32,000 nucleotides of DNA from Candidatus Iainarchaeum sp. (GCA_028700905.1 JAQVRT010000003.1:4212-36211); one strand, 5' to 3'. Shown: positions 16,965 through 26,105, numbered from the stretch's first letter. Notes: generated from the sequence alone by a model not told the origin. A program made the numbers and translations.

Positions 16965-17819
16965 CTAAACAAAATAACTAGCTTCTATTAATCCACCAAT
17001 AACTAAACAAATTATTGCAAGTAAAAATAAATATAAAAAATCTTTTGCAGCATGCCACTTAAAAGGAGTATCAAAAACACCTTTAAAAAGATCTCTTGCA
17101 AAAATTGCTCCTGCAACAGAAGCTACAAAATATGCCAAAACTTCAAAAAAACCATGAGGAATAAAACCTAAAAAAGCAATAAGCCCATGCTTTGAACCCA
17201 TTATTGCAGCATTAATTCCTGTATGATAAACTGCAGAAGAAATATAATTAATAATTACAACCGCTAAAAGAGAGGCATTCCACGCTATTAAAAACAAACC
17301 GCCTGCACCATAAAAAAAAGAAAGAATAATTGCAGAAATTACAACTATTAGATTATTACTAAAAATTAAAGAAAACACTTCCCAAAATTTATTTTTATTA
17401 TAGCCATCTGAAGTAAAGTCACCAGTAATTGAATTTCTAACATCACTTACTTTTTCAAGTTCTTCAAATTGAGAATTAAAAAGATTTGAAGAAATATTTT
17501 CATTTAATACAAAATAAGAAACTACTAATGTAAAAACAATTCCTAAAAAGAAAAAAAATAATAAAATAAATATTTGTTTATGTCTTAGAAAAAAAGGTTT
17601 AGAATAATTTGTAATATATGAATCATAAGAATAAACACGGTTTAATAAAGGAACTGCACCGATTATAATAAAAGAAAGTATTGCAACACTTAAATATTTA
17701 CCAGGAAAAATAAGATTTGAGAAAAATATTGCAAAAATAGTAAGTAATATAGCTTCAAAAAACATTAAATAAGGTTTACTTCTTAGCTTGAATGTATTTG
17801 TAATTAACTCTAGAACCAT
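16965..17819 (-). CDS. SpoIIM-family (PF01944-like) integral membrane protein
   Basis: IFSNNLIVVISAIILSF ... AWNASLLAV ... FIPHGFFEVLAYFVASVAGAIF matches the SpoIIM signature (NN...PHGxxE). Polytopic. Confidence 0.7.
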   Translation of the reverse strand: MVLELITNTFKLRSKPYLMFFEAILLTIFAIFFSNLIFPGKYLSVAILSFIIIGAVPLLNRVYSYDSYITNYSKPFFLRHKQIFILLFFFFLGIVFTLVVSYFVLNENISSNLFNSQFEELEKVSDVRNSITGDFTSDGYNKNKFWEVFSLIFSNNLIVVISAIILSFFYGAGGLFLIAWNASLLAVVIINYISSAVYHTGINAAIMGSKHGLIAFLGFIPHGFFEVLAYFVASVAGAIFARDLFKGVFDTPFKWHAAKDFLYLFLLAIICLVIGGLIEASYFV

Positions 17820-17919
17820 ACAAAAATAGATAAGGAAACAATATAAAAATATTTCTAATTATATAATATATATTATTATAACTTATTTTATAATTATACT
17901 TAAAAAAATGTGATAAAAA

Positions 17920-18342
17920 TTGAATTCTAAAGAAGATAATATACAAAAAATACTTAAAAACATACCTCAAAAAAGAACTTTAAGAGAAGGAGACATAGTT
18001 ATTGGAGAGGTTGTACAAACAACTGATAAAATTGCAATAGTGAACATAAATAATAAAAGTGAACATGTATTGAGTCCTTCTGCAACAGGAATCTTGTTTA
18101 TTAATAATGCATCTGAAGATTATGTTGAAAAAATGGGAGATGTTGTAAGAATTGGGGATATTGTTAAAGCAAAAATAACTGAAAAAGATAAATTTGGTTT
18201 TAAAATTAAGATTAGTGAACCTGATCTTGGGGTTATAAAATCATATTGTAAAAATTGTAAAGCAGAATTAAATTTAACAGACTCAAACATAAAATGTTTA
18301 AACTGTAAAACAATAAATACTAAAAAAATAGGGAAAATGTGA
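17920..18342 (+). CDS. csl4: exosome RNA-binding subunit Csl4 (S1 plus zinc-ribbon only)
   Basis: GDIVIGEVV...IAIVNI S1 fold, GDIVKAKI, and CKNCKAEL...CLNCKT Zn ribbon. The only available start is TTG 17920, 6 nt after a GTGA core. Confidence 0.75.
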   Translation: MNSKEDNIQKILKNIPQKRTLREGDIVIGEVVQTTDKIAIVNINNKSEHVLSPSATGILFINNASEDYVEKMGDVVRIGDIVKAKITEKDKFGFKIKISEPDLGVIKSYCKNCKAELNLTDSNIKCLNCKTINTKKIGKM

Positions 18343-18348
18343 ATAACC

Positions 18349-18627
18349 ATGGATTTTGAATTTATAAAAAAAGAAAAAAATGAAATTGAAATTAAGATTA
18401 TAGAAGAAGATATTTCTTTTTTCTATTTAATTGAAAATATTGCAAGTTCTAAAAGAGATGTTGATTTTGTTGCTCTTAAAAAATCAGATCACTTAAGAAA
18501 TGAATTTATTTTTTATTTAAGAACAAAAGAACAAGCAGCAAAAGATGTTTTCTTAGAATGTATTAATGAGGCAGAAGAAAATATTTTAACTACAATTAAT
18601 AACCTTCAAAAACTTACTCAAGATTAA
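18349..18627 (+). CDS. rpoL: DNA-directed RNA polymerase subunit L (Rpo11)
   Basis: The size (92 aa), the VDFVALKKSDHLRNEFIFYLRT pattern and the conserved Csl4-RpoL adjacency of archaeal exosome superoperons all fit. The usual GEDHT motif is divergent here (EEDISF). Confidence 0.6.
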   Translation: MDFEFIKKEKNEIEIKIIEEDISFFYLIENIASSKRDVDFVALKKSDHLRNEFIFYLRTKEQAAKDVFLECINEAEENILTTINNLQKLTQD

Positions 18628-18638
18628 GGTTTTAAATA

Positions 18639-19340
18639 ATGAAAGATAAATTAAAATATTTAGATCCATACTATTACATAGATACACTTTTGTTAAAACT
18701 TTTTGGAAAACCTAAAAGTTTAGAAAATAAAATTATGTATTGGATCTTTTATTTAGTTTATTCTTTAATATTAGCATTTCTAATTTTTAAATTATTAGGA
18801 CTAATTTTAGGAACTTCTCTACCTCTTGCAACAGTAGTTTCAGGATCAATGGAACCTAGTTTTTATAGAGGAGATATAATGGTTATATCTTCTGCAAAAA
18901 ATTTAAAATCAGAAGTAATTACTATTGATGATAATATTTCAACTAAAAACTTAAATGAATTTGCAAAAATGGAATATAAGTTAAATGGTTTTGGAAATTA
19001 TGAAGTTAAAACAATAGAAATTAATAACCAAATTATTGAAATAAAAGATGCTATTGAAAAAAATAATTCTGTAGTTGTCTATAAATCTAACCTTACAGGA
19101 AGAGATATAATACACAGAGTTGTTTTAATAATTGATGCAAATGATGGAAAATATGTTTTAACCAAAGGAGATAATGGAGAAACAAATTATATTATTGATC
19201 AAGATTGTGCAATTTCTGGAAATTATATTGTCAATGGTTGTTTAAATGTGTATCCAATAAATGTTGAAAATTTAATGGGGAAAAAAATATTAAGAATACC
19301 CTATATTGGTTATTTAAAATTATTTTTATTTAGAGGATAG
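18639..19340 (+). CDS. signal peptidase I, archaeal/eukaryotic Sec11 (S26B) type
   Basis: N-terminal TM, VVSGSMEPSFYRGD (catalytic Ser), IIHRVV (catalytic His) and TKGDNGETN...DQD boxes. Confidence 0.8.
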   Translation: MKDKLKYLDPYYYIDTLLLKLFGKPKSLENKIMYWIFYLVYSLILAFLIFKLLGLILGTSLPLATVVSGSMEPSFYRGDIMVISSAKNLKSEVITIDDNISTKNLNEFAKMEYKLNGFGNYEVKTIEINNQIIEIKDAIEKNNSVVVYKSNLTGRDIIHRVVLIIDANDGKYVLTKGDNGETNYIIDQDCAISGNYIVNGCLNVYPINVENLMGKKILRIPYIGYLKLFLFRG

Positions 19341-19349
19341 GTGAAAATA

Positions 19350-20162
19350 ATGCCTCAAGATGATTTAGTTGAAAAAATTATAAATAATTATAAAGGGGCA
19401 ATTAAACTTCAAACACAATACACTATCGGACACGAACCTATTTTTATTCAAAATGTAATTGATAAATATAAAACTCCTGAAAAAATAAATACTGCTTTAA
19501 TGGTACTGTCAAATCTTCCAAGAAACACTTTTTTTACAGACGCAGAATTTTTTAAAATTGTAGACTATAATTTTAAATTTAGAAAAGTTTTTGAAAAAAA
19601 AATTGAAAATTTTAATTTAGATAAAAAAATTACTCTTAAATATGCATCTTCAGAAATTATTCCTGAAATAGGTTATTCAAATAAACATGTTGAAGCTCCT
19701 TTTCAAATAAATGTATATTATCAAGGAGAAAAATTTGGATCTTTTAATTTTATGTTTTTATTTAAAAAAGATAAAAAAGAATTACAAATAAATTTAATTC
19801 AAGGTAAAAAATATAGTCAAAAAGCAAAAGAAGCAAACAAAATATTAGGAAATTGGAAACAAAAAATAATTGCAAACTTAGTTGATATTTCAAAAAAAAT
19901 GAAAATACCAGCTTCAGGTGTGCTTCCAAGGAAATATCCATCAGTTACAGATAAAGAATATGAAAGAATAATTAAAAGTTATTTAGATGCATATATTGAA
20001 GGTGGACTTAAATCAGAAAAAATAAATTTTCAAAATGTAAAACCTACATTTAGAAATAAATTTCAAAATTATGTAAACTTAAAAGAAAACAAACAAAATA
20101 TTAAACCAATTAAAACAAGAAAAGAACCTATCTGGAAAAAAATTAGAAAAACTAAACATTAA
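19350..20162 (+). CDS. hypothetical protein with basic C-terminal tail
   Basis: Long ORF. I prefer ATG 19350, preceded by AGGTGA 5 nt upstream, over the track's GTG 19341. No motif confidently recognised. Confidence 0.5.
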   Translation: MPQDDLVEKIINNYKGAIKLQTQYTIGHEPIFIQNVIDKYKTPEKINTALMVLSNLPRNTFFTDAEFFKIVDYNFKFRKVFEKKIENFNLDKKITLKYASSEIIPEIGYSNKHVEAPFQINVYYQGEKFGSFNFMFLFKKDKKELQINLIQGKKYSQKAKEANKILGNWKQKIIANLVDISKKMKIPASGVLPRKYPSVTDKEYERIIKSYLDAYIEGGLKSEKINFQNVKPTFRNKFQNYVNLKENKQNIKPIKTRKEPIWKKIRKTKH

Positions 20163-21366
20163 ATTCTTTTTCTAAAAGTTCTTTAATATTTTTTGAATCT
20201 ACACCTAATTTTATTAAAGTAGTGTTTCCTTTAACACCTTTACCTGATTGAGTAGTAGAAATAAACCCATAAGCCTCTAATTCATTGATATACTCTCTAA
20301 ACCATCTCATAGATACTGGTTTTTCACCATATTTATTTGAAACAACTGTGTATGTGTCATATATCTCACCAGAATAAAGCACATTTTCTTCATAAGATCC
20401 ATCAATTTTTAAAATGCCTTTTGGAGATTCTGATCTTTCTGTAATTGCAAGCAAAACTAACTGTAATTGAACTGGCAAAGTTAAAACCATACTCTTAATG
20501 ATTTCATGTTCAACTTTATCTTTTGCCAAATGAACTTCCTTATCTGTCACATAATCTTTTTTGTTCATATCTGCAATTTCTCCAGCCTTTAATAAAAGCA
20601 TTAAAGCAGTTCTTGCATCACCAGATTCTTTTGCAGCCATTGCTGCAGCAGAATTAATTGCAGAATCAAGGACAACATTTTCTTTAAAAGTTAAAGAAAC
20701 TCTTTGTTTTAATATTTCTTTTAATTCTTCAGCATTATATGGAGGATATACAGCTTCTTGTTCACATAAAGAACTTTTTGTTCTAGGATCAAGTCTTGAC
20801 ATAAAAAATAAATTATTAGAAATACCAATCATTGAAACACTAGAACCTACACCTAGTTCATCATTACTTCTAGATAAAGTATATATCAAATCATCTATCT
20901 CTCTATCTTTTATTTTATCAATCTCATCTAAAATAATTACAAAATTTAATTCATTTTCTTTTAAAAAAGTAATAAATTTATCATAAATAAAAGATTTAGA
21001 ATAACCAACAAAATTTTTATCAGGATAAAAAGATTGTACACAATAAAAAAGAATTGCATGTTTGGTTTGATAATTTCTACAATTAAGATAAAGGGTATAA
21101 AGGCAAAGATTATTTTCTTTTGAAATACTATCTAATTGATTTACAACATGTCTTACAGCAGAAGTTTTACCAGTACCTACTTTTCCATAAATAAATATAT
21201 TATGTGGTTTTTCTTTTTTAAGTGCAGGAGAAAGCCATAAAGATAATTCTTTAATTTGTTCATCCCTAAAGGGTAGTTTTTCAGGAACATAATGAGGTGA
21301 TATTTTATTTTTATTTACAAATAGAGAACCTTTATTTAAATATTCATAAAAAATGTTATCACTCAT
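20152..21366 (-). CDS. cdc6: Orc1/Cdc6 replication initiator
   Basis: Walker A GKVGTGKTSAV, Walker B VIILDEIDK, sensor region, and a C-terminal winged helix. Start trimmed to ATG 21366 (MSDNIFYEYL...LPFRDEQI). The track's 54 extra codons are hydrophobic junk overlapping the divergent gene. Confidence 0.9.
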   Translation of the reverse strand: MSDNIFYEYLNKGSLFVNKNKISPHYVPEKLPFRDEQIKELSLWLSPALKKEKPHNIFIYGKVGTGKTSAVRHVVNQLDSISKENNLCLYTLYLNCRNYQTKHAILFYCVQSFYPDKNFVGYSKSFIYDKFITFLKENELNFVIILDEIDKIKDREIDDLIYTLSRSNDELGVGSSVSMIGISNNLFFMSRLDPRTKSSLCEQEAVYPPYNAEELKEILKQRVSLTFKENVVLDSAINSAAAMAAKESGDARTALMLLLKAGEIADMNKKDYVTDKEVHLAKDKVEHEIIKSMVLTLPVQLQLVLLAITERSESPKGILKIDGSYEENVLYSGEIYDTYTVVSNKYGEKPVSMRWFREYINELEAYGFISTTQSGKGVKGNTTLIKLGVDSKNIKELLEKEFNV

Positions 21367-21481
21367 ATAATACTTAAGATAAATTGGTTTTTTATAGCTT
21401 ATTGTTTTATTTTCCAAAGATCTATTTAAAAGAATTATTATATTAAAAATAAATAACACTAAAATAAAGGAAAGATCAAAT

Positions 21482-22267
21482 ATGAGTAATGATTTAGAAA
21501 AATTAATACCTAAAAAAGAAGAAACCACTTTAAAAGATATAAAAGAACCTAATTATACAAACTATAAAGCAATAGCTATTACTATTATTTTTTTAATAGT
21601 GATTGGGTTTTGTACATACGGGCTTATTTATGTTTATAAAAATTATATTTCAGGACATTATAGTAACCTAGAAAAAGATTTTTTAGAAAATGCAAAAGAA
21701 TGTATTCCTAGTAGTTTTGAAACTAGGCAAGAAACAACTTCTATGTTTGTAATGTATTTAAGTCAAGACCTAAATTATAATATTAAAGGATTAAATGAAG
21801 AGGGTAAATGTGAAATTGAAATAGAAACAATTGATGCAAATGTATCTTTTGATTATAATGATGTGTTAGCATATGTAAATAAAGAAGAAAACTTAGATGC
21901 AGTTTATTTCCAATACATGCTATTAAATGCCTTCAAAAATGCCTTCAATCCAGAGTCTCAAGACACAAATCTTGAAAAAGAAATAACTATAGAAGAAAAA
22001 AATAAAGCAAAACAAGAAATTATAGATATTATAAATCAAGAAAAAGAAGAATACACACCAGATAATGGTTCACAAGAAGCAACTGCTGAAATGTTTAAAG
22101 GAAGTAAAGAAGTTTGTGTATTTGAAAGCTTAGACGGAATAGATGATTTTTTATCTAAAAAAATGACAAACAGTATTTTTCCTACAGAAAGCAGCATGAG
22201 TTATAAAGATGGTGTTAGTACAAGTATTAATATTTATGAAAATGTTACTTGTACAACATTAAACTAA
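21482..22267 (+). CDS. hypothetical N-terminally anchored membrane protein with Cys-containing ectodomain
   Basis: One TM helix (AIAITIIFLIVIGFCTYGLIYVY) followed by an acidic domain with four more Cys. No motif recognised. Confidence 0.5.
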   Translation: MSNDLEKLIPKKEETTLKDIKEPNYTNYKAIAITIIFLIVIGFCTYGLIYVYKNYISGHYSNLEKDFLENAKECIPSSFETRQETTSMFVMYLSQDLNYNIKGLNEEGKCEIEIETIDANVSFDYNDVLAYVNKEENLDAVYFQYMLLNAFKNAFNPESQDTNLEKEITIEEKNKAKQEIIDIINQEKEEYTPDNGSQEATAEMFKGSKEVCVFESLDGIDDFLSKKMTNSIFPTESSMSYKDGVSTSINIYENVTCTTLN

Positions 22268-23416
22268 AATAATATCTGAAGAAGAAATTGCATTATTTAT
22301 TAATTCTTCTTCATTTTCAATTTTCTTTTCCATTTCTAAAATTTCATCTAAAGTAGATCTTGTTTTAGGGTGTTTTGAAAGCATATAAGAACAACAATCA
22401 GGATAAGGAATTATTGAAGTTTTGTAAGTATCTATTTTTTTTGCAATTGTAATTATTTCATTTTTATCAAAAGCGATTAATGGAGAAAAAATTGGTAATT
22501 TTGTTGCAGAATAAATAGTTGTCATGTTTTCAATTGTTTGAGAAGCCACTTGACCTATATTATCTCCTGTAATTACTGCTTTTGCATTTTCTTTTTTTGA
22601 AATTTCATCAATTATCTTGAACATAAATCTTCTATAAATAATCATTCTATAATCAGAATCAATATTTGCAATTATATGTTTTTGAATATTTGAAAAAGGC
22701 ACTACATATAATTTTGAATTTCCTTGAAATTGATTTAAAGTATTTACAAGATTTTTAATTTTATCTAAAATTTCTTTTTTAACTAAAGTATTATTATAGA
22801 TGTGTACAAATATAACTTTTGCACCTCTTTTCATAAAAAGAAAAGCTGCAACAGGACTATCTATTCCTCCAGAAAGAGAACAAATTACATTTGCACTAAC
22901 CCCTACTGGAAGACCTCCAAGTCCAGGAGTTCTACTTGTAAAAATAAATATTTCTTTTAAAGAAACTTCTACAAATAAAGTTAATTCTGGATTTTTAATA
23001 TCAACTTTTTTATTTAAAGAATTATAGATCACCTCTCCTAAAGAAACATTTATTTGAGGAGAAGTTAAAAAAAATTGTTTATTACTTCTTTTTGCATCTA
23101 CCTTAAAAGAATCAAAAGTATAATTTTCTAAAAAAGACACAGTATTCTTTTTTAAAATTTCAAAATCTAAAGGAGATTTAAAAGCAAATGAAAAATTTGC
23201 AATACCAGGTATTTTAGTTAATTTTTGTTCTAAAATATTAATTTCTTCTAAAGTAGGATTATTTATATCAATTAAAATAAAACCATAATGTCTTGTAATT
23301 TTATGTTTTTTATTAATTGAAGCATAAATATTTGAAATTAATTTCTTTTCAAAGAAAATACGATTTTTTCCTTTTATAGCAATTTCATTGTAATGAATAA
23401 TTATTGAGTTGTACAT
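22259..23416 (-). CDS. thiI: tRNA 4-thiouridine synthase ThiI (THUMP plus PP-loop, no rhodanese domain)
   Basis: THUMP-like N-terminus, PP-loop LSGGIDSPVA, and PDCCSYMLSKHPKT near the C-terminus. 385 aa. Confidence 0.85.
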   Translation of the reverse strand: MYNSIIIHYNEIAIKGKNRIFFEKKLISNIYASINKKHKITRHYGFILIDINNPTLEEINILEQKLTKIPGIANFSFAFKSPLDFEILKKNTVSFLENYTFDSFKVDAKRSNKQFFLTSPQINVSLGEVIYNSLNKKVDIKNPELTLFVEVSLKEIFIFTSRTPGLGGLPVGVSANVICSLSGGIDSPVAAFLFMKRGAKVIFVHIYNNTLVKKEILDKIKNLVNTLNQFQGNSKLYVVPFSNIQKHIIANIDSDYRMIIYRRFMFKIIDEISKKENAKAVITGDNIGQVASQTIENMTTIYSATKLPIFSPLIAFDKNEIITIAKKIDTYKTSIIPYPDCCSYMLSKHPKTRSTLDEILEMEKKIENEEELINNAISSSDIILV

Positions 23417-23449
23417 ATATATATTAAGAAGTTAAAAAAATAAAAAGAG

Positions 23450-23482
23450 AGTAGTTTATTTAAATTTCTAAAAAAAACTACT
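23450..23482. terminator. 8-bp stem hairpin flanked by T/A runs between two minus-strand genes
   Basis: AGTAGTTT (23450-23457) pairs with AAACTACT (23475-23482) across a 17-nt loop. T-runs on both sides depend on the strand read. It lies between the Spo0M-like stop and the thiI start. Confidence 0.3.
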
Positions 23483-23511
23483 TTTTTTGTTTTTAAAAAA
23501 AATTAAAAAAA

Positions 23512-23964
23512 TTATTGAACAGTAATTCTTACTTTTTTAGTTATGTTTGTTAAACATCTTCTAACTCTTACCTTTCCTAAAACACTCCAATAGATACTAT
23601 ATCTATCACCTGTTAAAAAACTAACAGCCTTAATTATGTTTTGTTGAGTCTTTGTAGGGGTAAATACATCTTGAGGTATCTTTAATTGAAAAGGAAACTC
23701 TACAACTTCTCCTTTAGTATAAGCTCTTTCATTTTCAAGATCAAGTTTAAAATCATAAATTATTGAAGATCTAGTTGTTGATTTACCAGAATTATTAACT
23801 CTTGTTTGCTGAATTGCAGATAAATAAACATAAGCACCTTTTGATTCAAAATCTCTTTTTACAGTTAAAATCATTTTACCTTCAATTATATCACCTGGAG
23901 TAAAATCATGTTTGTTTAAAATCACATTAATTTTACCTTTAAAAAAACCAAAAATAATAATCAC
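23512..23964 (-). CDS. hypothetical beta-sandwich protein, Spo0M/arrestin-N-like (weak call)
   Basis: GFFKGKINVILNKHDFTPGDIIEGKMILTV resembles Spo0M-type N-termini. It starts at a GTG embedded in AAAGAGGTGATT, and there is no in-frame ATG until codon 31. Confidence 0.4.
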   Translation of the reverse strand: MIIIFGFFKGKINVILNKHDFTPGDIIEGKMILTVKRDFESKGAYVYLSAIQQTRVNNSGKSTTRSSIIYDFKLDLENERAYTKGEVVEFPFQLKIPQDVFTPTKTQQNIIKAVSFLTGDRYSIYWSVLGKVRVRRCLTNITKKVRITVQ

Positions 23965-24104
23965 CTCTTTTTTATAAATATAACAAATAAATTAATAATA
24001 GCAAGTAATATTTATAAAAAGATAGCAAAAAGGCATAAAAAATACATTTTGTATTTAAATATTTTGGTTTATAATTATAATATAAATTGCATTTATATAA
24101 TTTC

Positions 24105-24110
24105 GAGGTG
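24105..24110 (+). promoter_or_regulatory. Shine-Dalgarno-like GAGGTG upstream of sepF
   Basis: GAGGTGgggaaaaaATG. This is the strongest G-rich element in any intergenic region of the window, 8 nt before the start. Confidence 0.55.
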
Positions 24111-24118
24111 GGGAAAAA

Positions 24119-24469
24119 ATGGCCTTTTTAGATAAAATGTTTACAGGTAAAAAAGAAGAAATAGATATTGACGATTTCTTAAACAACATGGATGTTGAAG
24201 ACGTACCAGAAGACGTAGATTTCTATGTAAAACCAATTAGTTTACAATCAAATAATGAAGTTGAGATTGTAATTAAAGAATTAAAAGAAAGAAACTTTGT
24301 AATTTTAGATATAGAAGGAATATCTAAAAGAAATCCACAAAGAGCAAAACAATTTGTTGGACAATTAAAAATGTATGTAACTGACAAAGGTGGAGATCTT
24401 GCAATGATATCTAAAACAAAATTATTATTGGTTCCTGAAAAAGTAAAAATTATTAAAAAAATGAAATAA
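24119..24469 (+). CDS. sepF: cell division protein SepF (FtsZ membrane anchor)
   Basis: Amphipathic N-terminus MAFLDKMF, an acidic linker, then a DUF552/SepF core (YVKPISL...FVILDIEGIS...GGDLAMISKTKLLLVPEKVKI). GAGGTG lies 8 nt upstream. Confidence 0.75.
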   Translation: MAFLDKMFTGKKEEIDIDDFLNNMDVEDVPEDVDFYVKPISLQSNNEVEIVIKELKERNFVILDIEGISKRNPQRAKQFVGQLKMYVTDKGGDLAMISKTKLLLVPEKVKIIKKMK

Positions 24470-25204
24470 ATGCCAATAACAGTTACTGAAAAAAGGTTTC
24501 CAATTAAATTAGAGCCAAAACAAGCAGTAAATATATTTCAAGCGGCTCTTAAAAAAAAAGGTCACAAATATGAGATAAAGAAAGAATCTCTTTATCTTAC
24601 TATTACACCTTATTGGGTCTGTTTCTACGATATATTAATTAATAAAAATGAGAAATTTAATAGAATCTCAAATCAAATTGCACTAAATTCTATAAACAAT
24701 CAAATTAATGAAAAAGTTGTAGATATTTTTAAAATATCAAAACCTATTATTAAAGAAAATTTAGAAGCTCCTAAAACAGAACAAATACAAATTAATCTTA
24801 AAAAACCAATTGTTACAAAAGAAGAAGCTGAAGAAACAATAATTAAATATTTAATATACAAACATAATGTTTTAAAAGATCAAATTTCTTTAAGTGGTAT
24901 TGAACAAATTTATGTTCCTAATTGGAAAGTTAAACTAGATAAGTTTAAACTTAAGATAGATGCAATTACTGGAGAAGTTAATAATTTTGAAATAATACCT
25001 AAAAAAGAAAAAACAAAAATAGAACTTATTAAAGAAGTTTTTTCAGAAGTTAAAGAAGATAAAAAATTAGGCACATATTTTAAAGATTTTTTTATAGGCA
25101 TATTTGATGGAATACTTTTTATATTTAAAGAAATTATTAAAAATTACAAAATAATTTTATGGATATTACTTATAGCGATTTTAATATATTTGATATTTCT
25201 TTAA
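24470..25204 (+). CDS. hypothetical tail-anchored protein with two PepSY-like repeats
   Basis: The ATG follows the sepF TAA immediately (TAAATG). Two helix-plus-beta-hairpin units are visible (…LYLTITPYWVCFYDILI… and …IYVPNWKVKLDKFKLKIDAITGEV). C-terminal TM is ILWILLIAILIYLIFL. Confidence 0.55.
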   Translation: MPITVTEKRFPIKLEPKQAVNIFQAALKKKGHKYEIKKESLYLTITPYWVCFYDILINKNEKFNRISNQIALNSINNQINEKVVDIFKISKPIIKENLEAPKTEQIQINLKKPIVTKEEAEETIIKYLIYKHNVLKDQISLSGIEQIYVPNWKVKLDKFKLKIDAITGEVNNFEIIPKKEKTKIELIKEVFSEVKEDKKLGTYFKDFFIGIFDGILFIFKEIIKNYKIILWILLIAILIYLIFL

Positions 25205-26105
25205 AGTCTTTTGATTTTGATAACAACTCTCTTATTCTTGCAGAACCTTGCTTACCTTTAAAAAAAGGAATTAAAGATACTTTTAGTTTAGAAAAAGAAA
25301 TTGGATATTTTTTAACATATTCTAAAAAAGAAAATAAAGCATCATAAGAAGTGTCTTTTTCTAAAAGAACATTATTTTTTGAAAAATAATCTATTTGTTT
25401 AAAAATAAATGGATTACCTAAAGCTTCTCTGCCAACCATAAGGCCAGAAAAATGATTTATTTGTCCAAGATTAGTTTCAGAAACATCTCCATTATAAATT
25501 ATTGGAAGAGAAGTTATTTTTTTAATTTCTTCAACTCTTGAGATTTTTGATGGCACACTATAATTTTCTTTTGCAAGTCGTCCATGAATAGCAATTGCAG
25601 ATACACCTATCTTTTCAAAGTTATTTACCATACTTTCTAAAATATCTTCTTTAAATCCAAGTCTTACCTTGACTGTTATTGGTTTTTTAGAAGTTGAAAT
25701 AATTTCTTTAAGTATAGGATACACTTTATCTAATTGCTTAAGATTATAAGAACCTGATTTACTATTTATTATTTTTAAAGATGGACAACCTAAATTAAAA
25801 TCAATAACATCAAAATATTTATAATCATCAATTAAATGAGATGCAGTAATTGTTTTTTTTAAACTTAAATCTCCAAATAATTGTAAAGAAACAGGAGATT
25901 CTTTTTCAGTAGATTCTAAAAGATCTAATTTAGATAAATCTTCTTTATACTGAATAATGTGATTAATATTAACCATTTCAGTATAACTTAATCCAACTTG
26001 ATAATCTTTACACAAAAGCCTAAATGGAAGATGAGTATATTCTTGCATTGGTGCTAAAACACCTTTTTTTCTAATAGGAATATTTTTTATTTTAAAATTA
26101 ATCAT
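25170..26105 (-). CDS. tRNA-dihydrouridine synthase
   Basis: LAPMQEYTHLPFRLLC, DFNLGCPS, VKVRLG and AIHGR motifs of the Dus TIM barrel. The 3' end overlaps the convergent gene by 35 nt. Confidence 0.85.
   Translation of the reverse strand: MINFKIKNIPIRKKGVLAPMQEYTHLPFRLLCKDYQVGLSYTEMVNINHIIQYKEDLSKLDLLESTEKESPVSLQLFGDLSLKKTITASHLIDDYKYFDVIDFNLGCPSLKIINSKSGSYNLKQLDKVYPILKEIISTSKKPITVKVRLGFKEDILESMVNNFEKIGVSAIAIHGRLAKENYSVPSKISRVEEIKKITSLPIIYNGDVSETNLGQINHFSGLMVGREALGNPFIFKQIDYFSKNNVLLEKDTSYDALFSFLEYVKKYPISFSKLKVSLIPFFKGKQGSARIRELLSKSKDFKEISNILKSL

Noticed and set aside
17908-17913. ATG-TGA start-stop mini-uORFs upstream of csl4 (17908-17913) and of the acidic orphan (26200-26205).
   Set aside because: The shared element is better explained as the GTGA Shine-Dalgarno-like core, which recurs at the same 5-8 nt spacing before many genes that lack a preceding ATG.
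20561-20986. Antisense ORFs of 60-141 aa inside longer, well-supported genes. They lie at 1551-1772, 2094-2276, 5461-5664, 6886-7074, 11065-11280, 14388-14570, 15932-16144, 17776-17970, 18120-18350, 20561-20986, 22800-23027, 24910-25101, 25159-25347 and 28905-29117.
   Set aside because: Each lies entirely or mostly within a longer ORF on the other strand, or in another frame, that has clear family motifs. Their products are low-complexity Phe/Ile/Leu/Ser-rich strings with no motifs. Shadow ORFs like these are expected opposite AT-rich, Lys/Glu/Asn-rich coding sequence.
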